64,000 nucleotides of DNA. It comes from Planctomycetota bacterium. Lineage in GTDB: Bacteria; Planctomycetota; SZUA-567; H5-PLA8. A model generated the notes under the pieces. It ran no database searches. It saw only the letters and a program-made list of their open reading frames with translations, and was not told the origin of the DNA. The DNA lies in NCBI GenBank assembly GCA_038227875.1, contig JBBRPR010000006.1:32001-96000 (forward strand), in the 5' to 3' direction. Made by a program: the position numbers and the translations under genes. The first letter of the stretch is position 1; each line of letters begins with the position of its first letter. Below are positions 1 to 10,038 of the stretch, one piece after another.

Positions 1-13
1 GCAGCCGGGCAAA

Positions 14-1150
14 ATGGTGTGCGGCAGCTGCTGGTCGGGGACACAGCTTCGCGATCAGCTCTGGAAAACATCGGAAGCTCTTTTTGGAGAAACACAACCC
101 GGCGAGGCTGAAAAGCACAGCCATGACAATTCGGCAGTGATCGCTGAACTGGAAGCCCATCTCGCCATCGCCTCCGAAGGCCGCGTGATCGCGCTGCGCG
201 AACGCGATCTGGCTCAGGAAGTCCGCCAGAAACTCGAACGCACGCTCGGCGATTTTCTCGCCAAGTTCGCCACCGCCCGCGAAGCCGAATTGAAAGTGAT
301 GAAAGAACGCGACGCGGCGCTGGAAGCGTCTCGCGTGCTGAAGCAGAAGAACAGCGAGTTGGAAACCCAGGTTGCGCTGGCCGAAGAGACAGCCAACGAT
401 GCGTTGAACGAACGCAATTCCTTCGCGGAATCGCAGCTGGAGCTGGAGGACAAAGTCGCGGAGCTGGAATGCCGCCTGATGGAACCGGAGGCCCCCGCCG
501 CGGCGCCGATCAAGGCGCGCGGAAGTTCGGCGCGTATGGCGTCCTTCGCCGACGCCCGCATCAACGATTTGCAATTGAAGCTCGAGGCTTCGCAGGCCGA
601 GCTCGCGCGCTACAAACAGGAATCGGAAGAGAACCGTGCTCAATTGCGGGCCAAGGTAGCCGATCTGCACGGCGATCTGGTCGCCGAACAGATCGACAAG
701 GTCCAGTTCCTTGCGGAGAAGGACATGGCTGTTGCCGCGCACCACGAAGCCGCGGCGAAAGTCGAGGATCTCAACGCACGTCTGGCCAAAACGCAGGATG
801 CACAGGCCGCGTTGACCAAGAGTCTCGATGAAGTTCAGCGCACGGTCGCGAAGGAGCAGGAGGAGGCTCAAAAGGCCAAGGCGCAGCTGGCCACCTTGCG
901 CGAAGCGGCGATTTCATCCCTGGAACCGATGTCCGCCGAAATCAACTCGGCGCTCAAGGCCCTTTCCGCCGAAGCCGACGCAATTCAGAAGTCCGCGCAG
1001 ACACCGGAAACCGTCGCGGCTCTTCAGCGACTCAACGAACAGATGACCTCCGTGCGCCGCCAGCTCGTCGGCCGCATTGCAATGGTGATGGGCGTGCCGG
1101 TCTCCGACTCGCAGGAGATCCCCGCGGTGGGCAAAAGCTCCGTGGCGTAG
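14..1150 (+). CDS. Long coiled-coil hypothetical protein, probably 5'-truncated by the window edge
   Basis: Frame is open from the window start. A CGSC half zinc-knuckle is followed by E/A/K/L-rich heptad-like sequence. Confidence 0.65.
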   Translation: MVCGSCWSGTQLRDQLWKTSEALFGETQPGEAEKHSHDNSAVIAELEAHLAIASEGRVIALRERDLAQEVRQKLERTLGDFLAKFATAREAELKVMKERDAALEASRVLKQKNSELETQVALAEETANDALNERNSFAESQLELEDKVAELECRLMEPEAPAAAPIKARGSSARMASFADARINDLQLKLEASQAELARYKQESEENRAQLRAKVADLHGDLVAEQIDKVQFLAEKDMAVAAHHEAAAKVEDLNARLAKTQDAQAALTKSLDEVQRTVAKEQEEAQKAKAQLATLREAAISSLEPMSAEINSALKALSAEADAIQKSAQTPETVAALQRLNEQMTSVRRQLVGRIAMVMGVPVSDSQEIPAVGKSSVA

Positions 1151-1153
1151 CGT

Positions 1154-1519
1154 CTAGATGAATCCGGCCTTCTTGAAGCGGTCGAAACCATTTTTCGTCA
1201 GCACCGCGAGTTCTTTGAACAGCACGGGATCTGCTTTCTTGAAATTAAAGCAGGCCTTGCCCTGTTTGCGCTTCTTCAGCTCCGGCGAGAGTGCCTGCTG
1301 CATTTCCGGGCAGCAATACAGGGGCATGAGGTGAAAGCTGACGTAATTTTTTTTGATGATCACCGCGCCGAAAAAGATCGGTGCTTTCCGCTTCGCGTCA
1401 AACGCACCGTCGACGTAATACTTTTCCTTCGTGTCGGACACCACGGTCAATTGGGATTCAAACTTCTTCAAAATCGGCCGCAGACCCTCGAATGCCGCCT
1501 GGAAGTCTGGATTTGTCAT
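1154..1519 (-). CDS. DUF1801/YdhG-like protein
   Basis: Motifs FFGAVIIKKNYVSFHLMPLY and LKKRKQGKACFNFK; GAGGG upstream of the ATG. Confidence 0.75.
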   Translation of the reverse strand: MTNPDFQAAFEGLRPILKKFESQLTVVSDTKEKYYVDGAFDAKRKAPIFFGAVIIKKNYVSFHLMPLYCCPEMQQALSPELKKRKQGKACFNFKKADPVLFKELAVLTKNGFDRFKKAGFI

Positions 1520-1658
1520 TACTCGCCCTCACATTAAATAGCGCTACCGGTTGGCAGGCATCAGCACTCTACGCAATCCTGCTCTGTTCAGGAAACGGAG
1601 TTCGGTGCAGACTATTCTAACCCGTTTTACATCCGATTTCGCATAGGAGAACCCCGTC

Positions 1659-2657
1659 ATGGTCGAACTAGCCCTCGTCGGTTGTGCGCACATTCATACG
1701 CCCGGCTTCATCAAGAAGATCAAGGAACGCAGCGATGTCCGTGTGAAGCTTGTCTGGGATCACGATAAGGCGCGCGCGCAGAAGAACGCCACGGAGCTCG
1801 GCGCAACCGTCGTCGACGACGTCAGCGCCATCTGGAAAGACGCATCCATTCCCGCGGCGATCATCTGCTCCGAGACCGATCGCCATGTCGCACTCGTTAC
1901 CGCCGGCGCCAACGCGAAGAAGCATCTCTTCGTTGAAAAACCGCTGGGAATGGGCGCAGCGGATTCTTACGAAATGGCCTCGGCGATCGAGAAGAACGGC
2001 GTCATTTTCCAGACCGGATACTTCACGCGCGGCGACCCCATTCATTTGTTCCTGCGCGAACAGATCGCCGCCGACGCCTTCGGCAAGATCACGCGCGCGC
2101 GCCATTCCAATTGTCATTCCGGTTCGCTGGGCGGCTGGTTCGACACCGACTGGCGCTGGATGGCCGACCCGAAGGTCGCCGGCTGCGGCGCGTTCGGCGA
2201 TCTGGGCACGCATTCGCTCGACATCCTGCTCTGGCTCTTCGGCGCGGTGGACAAGGTCACCGGCAGCATCCATGTCGCGACCGGACGTTACGGCAATTGC
2301 GATGAATTCGGCGAAGGTCTGCTGCACTTCAAGAACGGCGTCGTGGCCACGCTGGCCGCGGGCTGGGTCGACGTTGAAAATCCCGTGCGCCTGCTCATCA
2401 GCGGCACCGAAGGCCACGCGGTCGTGGTGCATGGCCAGCTGTTCTTCCACAGCAAGAAGGTCGAAGGTGCCGATGGCAAGCAACCGTGGACGAAACTCCC
2501 GGCCGCGCTGCCGCACGCGTTCAACCTGTTCCTCGACGCGGTCACGGGCACGAAGGAAGTCCCGCTGGTCGGAGCACGCGAAGCCGCCGTCCGCAGCGCC
2601 GTAATGGAAGCGATCTACGAAGGCTCGCGCGATGCGAAGTGGGTCTCGCCGAAGTAA
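1659..2657 (+). CDS. Gfo/Idh/MocA family oxidoreductase
   Basis: N-terminal Rossmann-like segment, HLFVEKP and GAFGDLGTHSLD motifs; AGGAG RBS. Confidence 0.9.
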   Translation: MVELALVGCAHIHTPGFIKKIKERSDVRVKLVWDHDKARAQKNATELGATVVDDVSAIWKDASIPAAIICSETDRHVALVTAGANAKKHLFVEKPLGMGAADSYEMASAIEKNGVIFQTGYFTRGDPIHLFLREQIAADAFGKITRARHSNCHSGSLGGWFDTDWRWMADPKVAGCGAFGDLGTHSLDILLWLFGAVDKVTGSIHVATGRYGNCDEFGEGLLHFKNGVVATLAAGWVDVENPVRLLISGTEGHAVVVHGQLFFHSKKVEGADGKQPWTKLPAALPHAFNLFLDAVTGTKEVPLVGAREAAVRSAVMEAIYEGSRDAKWVSPK

Positions 2658-2850
2658 ATTCTCCTTTAGTGGTGAGCGGGATTCCTTGCAACGCTTGGAA
2701 TTCCGCTCACCAGCTTCTAACGTCCCGCCTCCCCACCCCCATATCTGGCCGTATCTCCAGCCCACCTGTGCATTTGCGTGCACTCGTTCAATTATTTTTG
2801 AAAAAATTCCGAACCGATCGCCGGGTCATGGGGGCTAGACTGTAGAAAGC

Positions 2851-3516
2851 ATGGAGTATGACGGTATGGCGACAACCACGGCGGCGAATACGATTCTGAA
2901 CGGCTCCGGCATCGGTGGTGCCGGCCAGGCCGATTGGAAATCGCAGCTGCCGGAGAAGTATTGGGAACTGATCGACCGTTACCGCGGCGAACTGACCACC
3001 CAGGCGTTGGCCATTCTCAACAGCCCCGAAGATGCCGAAGATGTCGTACAGGAAACCTTCTGCGACGCGATCCGCGACCCGGCCAAGCTGAAAAAAGCCG
3101 ACTCCATTGGCGCGTGGCTCAAGTCGCTCAACCGCTGCAATGCACTTAACCGCCTCCGCGACACCAACCGCTCGTCCAAACGCATGCAGGCGGCGGCGCA
3201 GGATGCCGGGGGCGATCAAACCTTTACCACGGGTGGTTTTACTGTGATGGAACTGCGCGAATCGGTGAACACGGCGCTGGTCGTGCTGCCGCCAAATCTG
3301 CGCACAGTCGTAAAGTTGCGGTACTGGGAGTACCTCTCCTGCAAGGACATCGCGGCGCGACTGAACATCGCCGAAGGCAGCGTCAAACGGATGCTTTTCG
3401 AAGCCAACATCAAGCTCTACGAAAAACTACGGGCACAGTTCGAACAGAAAGCGCCGACGAAACAATTTGTTCCGGCGCAGGTCCGGGAAATCCTGGCCAA
3501 CGACAGCGGCGTGTAA
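2851..3516 (+). CDS. ECF (sigma-70 family) RNA polymerase sigma factor
   Basis: Region 2 DAEDVVQETF...AWL and region 4 LRYWEYLSCKDIAARLNIAEGSVKRML. Confidence 0.9.
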   Translation: MEYDGMATTTAANTILNGSGIGGAGQADWKSQLPEKYWELIDRYRGELTTQALAILNSPEDAEDVVQETFCDAIRDPAKLKKADSIGAWLKSLNRCNALNRLRDTNRSSKRMQAAAQDAGGDQTFTTGGFTVMELRESVNTALVVLPPNLRTVVKLRYWEYLSCKDIAARLNIAEGSVKRMLFEANIKLYEKLRAQFEQKAPTKQFVPAQVREILANDSGV

Positions 3517-3594
3517 ACTCCGCTGCTTCAAATTTGCGCGAGCCGACGTCTTTTTTGCGCTCGCGAGCAAGCAACATTCAAGCGAGGAAACAAC

Positions 3595-5511
3595 ATGGGT
3601 GCGACAAATGTGGTGGACTGCAACATGGTGGCGGAATTGGCGCCGGCTTACGTCGAAAAGACGTTGAGCGCCGAGGACGCGCAGAGCGTGGAATCGCATC
3701 TGCGGAGCTGCCCGAACTGCCGCAGTGCTGTGAAGCGCTTCCGGGCCGTCGATGGCCTGATGGGCTTCGCGCAGTTGGACCAGAACAGCGTCAACGCTGA
3801 AGGCGCTCCTGCGGAAGGTGGCGAAGAGGAAGGCGAATTGGTCGGCGCGGGTTCCGGTGGCCTGGCTGAACGCCTGGGTGGCGCGCCGTGGTGGGCAGTC
3901 TCCTGCGTGCTTCACGTGCTGGTGATCGCGCTGGCGAGCCTGGTCTCGATGGCGATCGAACTGCCCAAGAGCGACGACGCCGTGATCATGATGACCGAAC
4001 TGGCGGCGCGCCCGACGATTCAAGACGAACAGAAGGAAGACAAACAGGACAAGGCGCTGGAAGCACTCGCCTCCAATCACGACACGCCGCCGACGGACCC
4101 GACGTCGAAGCTCGCGTCGGACGTCGTGGTCCCGCCGGACATTCTTCAGAAGGCGGAACTTGGCGACCATTTCGAAACGATCAACCCCGACATGCCCGAC
4201 ACCCATAGCGCGCTGGGCAATCCCGACGCGAAGATGTTCCACTCTGTCGAAGGCAACACCGAAGCCGCTGGTGGCGGTGGCATGGGCGGGATGGGGATGG
4301 AAGACGTGATCGGCGTCGGCGGCGCAGCCTCGAAGGGCACCGGCGGCGGCTTCGGCGGCGGCGACGGCACGGGTATCGGTGTCGGCTCCGGCGCGGGACG
4401 CGGCAGCTTCGGCAACCGCAACGGTGGCGGACGCAAGCTGATGGTGATGCGCCACGGAGGTTCGAAAGCTTCCGAAGGTGCCGTCGACAAGGCGCTGGAA
4501 TGGCTCGCCTACCATCAGGAACCAGACGGCCACTGGGACTGCCTCAAGTACGAAGGCAAGCCGGAAGGCCGCACGCAGGGTATCAACGGCAATGCGGCGT
4601 GCACGGGCTTCGCGCTCCTGGCGTTCCTCGGCGCGGGCCATACGGACAAGGTCGGCAAGTACAAGGAAAACGTGGCCAAGGGTATCGCGTACCTGATCAG
4701 CACGCTCGACGCGAAGGGCCGCTGGTGCACCAACTATGGCAGCAACTACACGCAAGGCGTTGCGGGCCTGGCGCTGGCGGAAGCCTGCGGCATGAATCCG
4801 CGCAACAAGGAACTGAAAGAAGCCGCGCAGCGCGCCATCGATGGCGTGGTGGCCGGACAGATCAAGATCGGCGATAGCGAATACAACGCCTGGGATTACG
4901 CGCCCGGCGGCATGACCGACGACACCTCCGTGACCGGCTGGAACATCATGGCGCTGAAGTCCGCGAAGGTCGCGGGGCTGCATGTCGATCCGTTCTCCTT
5001 CGCCGGTGCGATGACCTGGATCAATGCCGGTCAGGACCTGAAGAACGCGCCGAAGGGCGGCGACGCCGAATACTGGGAAGGCGGCATGATGGCCTACCGC
5101 GGCACCGTCCAGAATCCCGGCGCACCGAAGAACATGGCGATGACCGCGGCCGCCACGCTCACCCGCCTGCTGGTCGGCGGCGAGAAGCCGGACACCGCCG
5201 GAATTTCCGGCCCGTGCAATCTGATGAAGCAGGACAAGAACCTGCCCAACAAGTGGCCGGGCAATCTCTACTACTGGTACTACGCGACGCTGACGATGTT
5301 CCAGAAGGGCGGCGATCACTGGAAGAACTGGAACGAGCCGATGAAGAAGACCTTGATCGACAACCAGCGCAAGGATGGCGACTTCGCTGGCAGCTACGAT
5401 CCGTTCTTCACCGAAGAGACCGGTTTCATCTACGGCGGCCGCGTGCAGGCCACCGCGCTCGGCGCGCTCTGCCTGGAAGTGTATTATCGCTACGCGAAGT
5501 TGAATCAGTAA
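3595..5511 (+). CDS. Putative anti-sigma factor: zf-HC2 finger, TM helix, Gly-rich linker and prenyltransferase/squalene-cyclase-like barrel
   Basis: HLRSCPNC near the N-terminus; TM segment APWWAVSCVLHVLVIALASL; ALEWLAYHQEPDGHW, DTSVTGW, YYWYY and CLEVYYRY barrel motifs; directly downstream of the ECF gene. Confidence 0.8.
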   Translation: MGATNVVDCNMVAELAPAYVEKTLSAEDAQSVESHLRSCPNCRSAVKRFRAVDGLMGFAQLDQNSVNAEGAPAEGGEEEGELVGAGSGGLAERLGGAPWWAVSCVLHVLVIALASLVSMAIELPKSDDAVIMMTELAARPTIQDEQKEDKQDKALEALASNHDTPPTDPTSKLASDVVVPPDILQKAELGDHFETINPDMPDTHSALGNPDAKMFHSVEGNTEAAGGGGMGGMGMEDVIGVGGAASKGTGGGFGGGDGTGIGVGSGAGRGSFGNRNGGGRKLMVMRHGGSKASEGAVDKALEWLAYHQEPDGHWDCLKYEGKPEGRTQGINGNAACTGFALLAFLGAGHTDKVGKYKENVAKGIAYLISTLDAKGRWCTNYGSNYTQGVAGLALAEACGMNPRNKELKEAAQRAIDGVVAGQIKIGDSEYNAWDYAPGGMTDDTSVTGWNIMALKSAKVAGLHVDPFSFAGAMTWINAGQDLKNAPKGGDAEYWEGGMMAYRGTVQNPGAPKNMAMTAAATLTRLLVGGEKPDTAGISGPCNLMKQDKNLPNKWPGNLYYWYYATLTMFQKGGDHWKNWNEPMKKTLIDNQRKDGDFAGSYDPFFTEETGFIYGGRVQATALGALCLEVYYRYAKLNQ

Positions 5512-5515
5512 CGGC

Positions 5516-5602
5516 CGGGAATCGGGATTCGTAAAACAGAAACGGGGATCGGGTGATGTCACCCGATCCCCGTTCTTTTTCTGTTACGAATCCCGAATCC
5601 CG
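5516..5602. repeat. Long imperfect palindrome (REP-like; possible bidirectional terminator) with heptamer-repeat arms
   Basis: cgggaatcgggattcgtaa...aacggggatcgggtga-tg-tcacccgatccccgtt...ttacgaatcccgaatcccg, between convergent genes. Confidence 0.75.
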
Positions 5603-5612
5603 CCTGTTCCAA

Positions 5613-6860
5613 CTAAAACTCGAACGAACTCTGCCCCAGCCGCTTTTCGATTTCGGCGACGACGCGCGATTCTTCCTGCACGCCCTTGGCGATGAACGTC
5701 ACGCTGAAGCGAACATACGGACCCGCGTCGTCCCACGGCACGGTGCTGATCAGCGAGTTGGTGATCAGCCACTGTGAGAAGTCTTCGGCTTTCTCGAAGA
5801 CCGTACGCTTGCCGTCCTTGGCTTTGGCGGCCTTCGGCGCGGGCACATAGAGGAAGAAGCTGCCCTTCGGCTTCTTCGCCTTGAAGCCGTGCTTATTCAA
5901 CACACCGCAGAGCGCGTCCATGCGGCGGCTGTATTTGGCGGCGATGTCGCGGGTGATCTGCGGATTGCGCAGCGCAAACGCGCAGGCCTTCTGAATGGCG
6001 AGGAACTGGCCGGAGTCGCTGTTGTCCTTGACGTCGCCGTAGGATTTCACAATCAGCGGGTTGCCGACTATGAAGCCCAGGCGCCAGCCGGTCATGTTGA
6101 AGCCCTTGCTCATTGAATGGAGCTCGACACCGACATCCTTCGCGCCGGGCGTCGCCAGGAACGAAAGCGGCTTGCCTTCGAACACCAGCGCCGCGTAGGC
6201 CGAATCGTGAATGACGATGATGTTGTTCTTCTTGGCGAAGGCGACGACCTTTTCGAAGAACTCCGGCGTCGCCGACGCGCCCGTCGGATTGTTGGGGTAG
6301 TTCAGGACGATCGACTTGGCTTTCTTCAGCACGTCGGCAGGAATGCTCTCCAGGTCCGGCAGGAAATTGTTCTTCTCCAGCAGCGGCAGATTGTGGACGG
6401 TGCCGCCAAGGTACTTGGAGTGCGTGCCGTAGACCGGGTAGCCGGGCGTGGTCATCAGCGCGACATCGCCGGGGTTGATGAAGCAGTGCGGGAGCACGGT
6501 GAGCGCGCCCTTGCTGCCGATGGAGTGCATCACTTCCGTTTCCGGATCGATGCCGGAAACGCCGCAGACTTCCTTCATCCATGCGGCGGCGGCGGCTTTG
6601 TACTCCGGGCCGCCATTGTCGGCGTAGCCGCGGTTCTCAGGCTTGGAGGCCTCATCGGAGAGCGCCTTGACGCAGCTTTCCGGCGCCATCTCGTCGGGTT
6701 CGCCCACGCCCATGTCGATCAACTCGACGCCGGGGTTGGCGGTCATCGCGGCGCGTTTGGCGCGCTTGATCTTCTCGAATTTGTAGATGGCGGTGTCTTT
6801 GCCGTAGTTCTTGCCGCCGATGCGTTCGGCGAAGAGGTTCTGGATGTACGAGTCGGCCAT
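5613..6860 (-). CDS. dapL: LL-diaminopimelate aminotransferase
   Basis: Start MADSYIQNLFAERIGG..YKFEKIKRAK; LNYPNNPTG; PLP lysine motif LHSMSKGFNMTGWRLG; DNSDSGQF. Start reassigned to ATG 6860 with a GGGAG RBS. Confidence 0.85.
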   Translation of the reverse strand: MADSYIQNLFAERIGGKNYGKDTAIYKFEKIKRAKRAAMTANPGVELIDMGVGEPDEMAPESCVKALSDEASKPENRGYADNGGPEYKAAAAAWMKEVCGVSGIDPETEVMHSIGSKGALTVLPHCFINPGDVALMTTPGYPVYGTHSKYLGGTVHNLPLLEKNNFLPDLESIPADVLKKAKSIVLNYPNNPTGASATPEFFEKVVAFAKKNNIIVIHDSAYAALVFEGKPLSFLATPGAKDVGVELHSMSKGFNMTGWRLGFIVGNPLIVKSYGDVKDNSDSGQFLAIQKACAFALRNPQITRDIAAKYSRRMDALCGVLNKHGFKAKKPKGSFFLYVPAPKAAKAKDGKRTVFEKAEDFSQWLITNSLISTVPWDDAGPYVRFSVTFIAKGVQEESRVVAEIEKRLGQSSFEF

Positions 6861-7141
6861 GATTGCTCCCTGTCGAAAGGTGGTTGTGTCAGCCGGACGT
6901 ATGTATTCCGAGCGCGGCGGAAGATCAAGAGCATTGCGGATTGCGGATTGGATGGGCTTGAGTTCCAGCTGGATTTGGCGTGGCGACGTTTGTGCAAGTT
7001 TCGATTGGATCTGAGGTTGTGAATTTAATGTCCGCATTCGAAAAAGATTCAAGATCGCGTTGGTAAAACCACCGTTCGCGCGCATGAGTAGGCGGGAAAG
7101 CGTGGCAACAGGATGGAGAGCCATGTTAGGATTCGGGAAGA

Positions 7142-8542
7142 ATGGTTGACGCATTGACCGACGATGAATTGCTGCTGGCCATCTCGGAACGCCGCGATCA
7201 AGACGCGTTCGCGGAACTGCACGCCCGCTTCCTTATCTTGAGCTTCAACGTCGCCTACAACATCACGGCCAACCGTTCGCTCGCGGAAGAGGCGATGCAG
7301 GAAGCCATGTTGCAGGTCTGGCTTTCGGCGAAGGCCTACAAGCCCGGCAATGCGCGCGGGTGGATCCTGCGCATCGTCGTGCGCGAAAGTCTGGAGCTGG
7401 CCAGAAAGCAATCAAAGGGACGAAAGCGAATGGAGCAGGAACGCTCGCGCCAACAGTCGAAGGTCCCGGCCCAAGTCGCCGACAATCCCGAGCAGGACGA
7501 ATTGCTGCGGATGCTGCGGAGCGTCTTGCACGAACTCCCCGCGCCAGACCGGCAACTGCTGGCGCTCCATTTCGGTGCGGAAATGACGCAGCAGGAAATC
7601 GGCACCGCGCTCGCCATGCCACAGCAGACGGTCTCGTTCAAGATCAAGAAGCTGCTCGACGATCTGCGCGGCCGGCTCTCGGTCGCCGGTTTTGCAGTGC
7701 TGGCCCCGGCGCTACTGGCGGAAAGCATAAGCAAAGCGATCTGCAGCGGCGTTCCAGCGCCGCACGGTCTACCCGCGCCAGATGTGGCAAAGACCCGCGA
7801 GCGGATGGTTCCTCGACAATCACTCGGAATCCCGGTGGGTGCGGCCGCCTTCGCAGTGATCGCATTGGGTTGCGCCGTGGCCTTCGGTATGAAGACCGGA
7901 CAGTCCGTGCCACAGAACCCGGCGTTGACGGCCCAGGCAGGCACGGACGAAAAGCAGACGTCGCTGCGCTGGTCCTTTGATGCTGGAATTCCCGACGATC
8001 TTAAAACCGAAAACGGCGCGGCGAGCCGCGAATGGAAATGGAAGAAGTCTCCTGGTGAGAGAGGGCAATTGGTCAGCGATGGCGTCATCGCTTTGACCTT
8101 GCCGGTTCGCGTTCCCGAGCGTCCGTTCGTCATGACGGAGCATTTCGACATCAAAGGCCGCGAGAATCTGCTGATGGCCGGCGCCTGCTGGCGCAACGAG
8201 CGTGAAACGCTGCCGCACCGCGAAAACTTCAAAATCCCGCTCTGGACAAGCAAGAACGCTCCCGAACGCATCGATATCGCGACCTACTTCCTGGGCCGTT
8301 ACGTCGTCCACGTGACCAACGGAACCATTTCGAAAATCTGCGAATACGAAAAGAGCTTCCCGTCGGACAAATCCATGATGTTCTTTCAGAATTGTGGCCT
8401 GTGCTCAGTCGAATTCCAGACGCTGGCTCCCAACGACATCCCACTTGAGATGCGCGACACGGCGAAGCTGCTCGAACAGTTTAAGGCCGGCGGCGCGACG
8501 GCGCATGACGTCGCCCCGACAGAACTGCCGCCGGGCTGGTAG
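7142..8542 (+). CDS. ECF sigma factor with C-terminal TM helix and extra domain
   Basis: LAEEAMQEAMLQVW and MTQQEIGTALAMPQQTVS, then a hydrophobic segment (AAAFAVIALGCAVAFGM) and about 210 further residues. Confidence 0.85.
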   Translation: MVDALTDDELLLAISERRDQDAFAELHARFLILSFNVAYNITANRSLAEEAMQEAMLQVWLSAKAYKPGNARGWILRIVVRESLELARKQSKGRKRMEQERSRQQSKVPAQVADNPEQDELLRMLRSVLHELPAPDRQLLALHFGAEMTQQEIGTALAMPQQTVSFKIKKLLDDLRGRLSVAGFAVLAPALLAESISKAICSGVPAPHGLPAPDVAKTRERMVPRQSLGIPVGAAAFAVIALGCAVAFGMKTGQSVPQNPALTAQAGTDEKQTSLRWSFDAGIPDDLKTENGAASREWKWKKSPGERGQLVSDGVIALTLPVRVPERPFVMTEHFDIKGRENLLMAGACWRNERETLPHRENFKIPLWTSKNAPERIDIATYFLGRYVVHVTNGTISKICEYEKSFPSDKSMMFFQNCGLCSVEFQTLAPNDIPLEMRDTAKLLEQFKAGGATAHDVAPTELPPGW

Positions 8543-8552
8543 CGGACGTTCC

Positions 8553-8743
8553 AAACAAATGGGATCGGGGATCGGGCATCTACGGATTTTCCAGGGGCAC
8601 CCCGGAAAACCGCCGGCATCGGTCAGTTTGAACGCTCGCCATTTAACATTGTGCTATTGCATCGATCGAGACGGACACGAGCCTCACGGACGGTCATTCC
8701 AAAAAGCAGATGCCTGATGCCCGATCCCCGATCCCATCTGTTT
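8553..8743. mobile_element. MITE/REPIN-like element with 28-bp terminal inverted repeats
   Basis: AAACAAATGGGATCGGGGATCGGGCATC (8553-8580) matches the reverse complement of 8716-8743 at 27/28; 135-bp interior with no convincing gene. Confidence 0.55.
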
Positions 8744-8826
8744 CGTTACCAAGTGACACAGCCCCTCCACTTGCAGGCCCCATGGCCACGCTACACTGAG
8801 GCCTCACCTTTCCAACGAGGTCTTCC

Positions 8827-9993
8827 GTGCGCAACAAAATCTCCGCCAAGGCGGCGCAGTTCACCGAATCCGTGATCCGCGAGATGACGCGGCTGTGCAA
8901 CCGGCACGGCGCCGTCAATCTCGCGCAGGGCTTTCCCGATTTTCCCGCGCCGGCCGAGATGAAACGCGCCGCGCAGGAGGCCATCGCCGCGGAGAAAAAT
9001 CAGTACGCGATCACCTGGGGCGCGAAGGCCTTTCGCGATGCGCTCACGGCCAAGACAAAGCGTTTCACCGGACTCACCATCGATCCGGAACGCGAGCTGA
9101 CCGTCTGCTGCGGCTCGACGGAAGCAATGATCTCCGCGATGCTGGCCACCGTCGATCCGGGAGAGGAAGTGATCGTCTTCGAGCCGTTTTATGAAAACTA
9201 CGGACCCGACGCGATCCTCTCCGGTGCCACGCCCGTCTACGTCAAACTCTCCCCGCCGGACTGGTCGTTCGACCGCGAAGAGTTGCGCCGCGCGTTTTCG
9301 CCGCGAACCAAGGGCATCATCGTCAACACGCCGCACAATCCGACCGGGAAGGTCTTCACCCGCGAGGAGCTGACCTTCATCGGCGAGTTGGCGATCGAAC
9401 ACGACACGCTGATCTATACCGACGAAATCTACGAGCACATCCTTTACGACGGCCGCGAGCATGTTTACCCGATGGCCCTGCCTGGCTTGCGCGAGCGGAC
9501 GGTTGCGATTTCCGGGCTGAGCAAAACGTACAGCGTCACCGGCTGGCGCATCGGCTATGCCATCGCGCCGCCGGAGATCACGGACGCGATTCGCAAGGTC
9601 CACGATTTCCTGACCGTGGGCGCACCCGCGCCGCTGCAGGAAGGCGCCGTCGTGGGCCTGCAATTCGGCGACGACTACTACACGGAACTCGCTCAGAAAT
9701 ACACCGCACGCCGCGCGCTCTGCCTGGACATGCTGGGCAAGGCCGGATTCAACTACTACGCGCCGCAGGGCGCGTACTACGTGATGACCGAATATCCCAA
9801 GAGCGCCGGCTTCACCGACGACGTGGCATTCACCAAATTCCTGATCGAGAAGATCGGCGTCGCCGTGGTCCCCGGTTCGAGCTTCTACCGCGCCGGATCG
9901 CCGGAGGCGAAGAAGATCGTGCGCTTCAACTACTCAAAGAAAGACGAGACGCTGCTGGAGGCCGGACGGCGCCTGTTGAAGCTGAAGCCGTGA
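8827..9993 (+). CDS. PLP-dependent aminotransferase class I/II
   Basis: NLAQGFPDF, NTPHNPTGKV, DEIYEH and SKTYSVTGWRIG motifs. Confidence 0.92.
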   Translation: MRNKISAKAAQFTESVIREMTRLCNRHGAVNLAQGFPDFPAPAEMKRAAQEAIAAEKNQYAITWGAKAFRDALTAKTKRFTGLTIDPERELTVCCGSTEAMISAMLATVDPGEEVIVFEPFYENYGPDAILSGATPVYVKLSPPDWSFDREELRRAFSPRTKGIIVNTPHNPTGKVFTREELTFIGELAIEHDTLIYTDEIYEHILYDGREHVYPMALPGLRERTVAISGLSKTYSVTGWRIGYAIAPPEITDAIRKVHDFLTVGAPAPLQEGAVVGLQFGDDYYTELAQKYTARRALCLDMLGKAGFNYYAPQGAYYVMTEYPKSAGFTDDVAFTKFLIEKIGVAVVPGSSFYRAGSPEAKKIVRFNYSKKDETLLEAGRRLLKLKP

Positions 9994-10038
9994 CGAATCC
10001 ATTCGCGGTTTGCAACGCAAGCGCGCAACAAAGTTACG

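Noticed and set aside
2724..2746. Third copy of the WYL-associated CCCAC motif
   Set aside because: The cores are 8 bp apart rather than 12, and the TTGCCC frame is absent.
3427..5562. 711-aa antisense ORF, and similar long antisense ORFs at 25932-28217, 48416-50410, 58774-60405 and 62092-63933
   Set aside because: They mirror well-supported genes on the opposite strand. They are the expected shadow of GC-rich codon usage and show no recognisable motifs.
6861..7141. Lysine riboswitch upstream of dapL, or the N-terminal extension of the ORF to 7154
   Set aside because: I could not see the conserved riboswitch core. The region contains a heptamer repeat and the divergent ECF promoter, and the DapL-like sequence starts at 6860.
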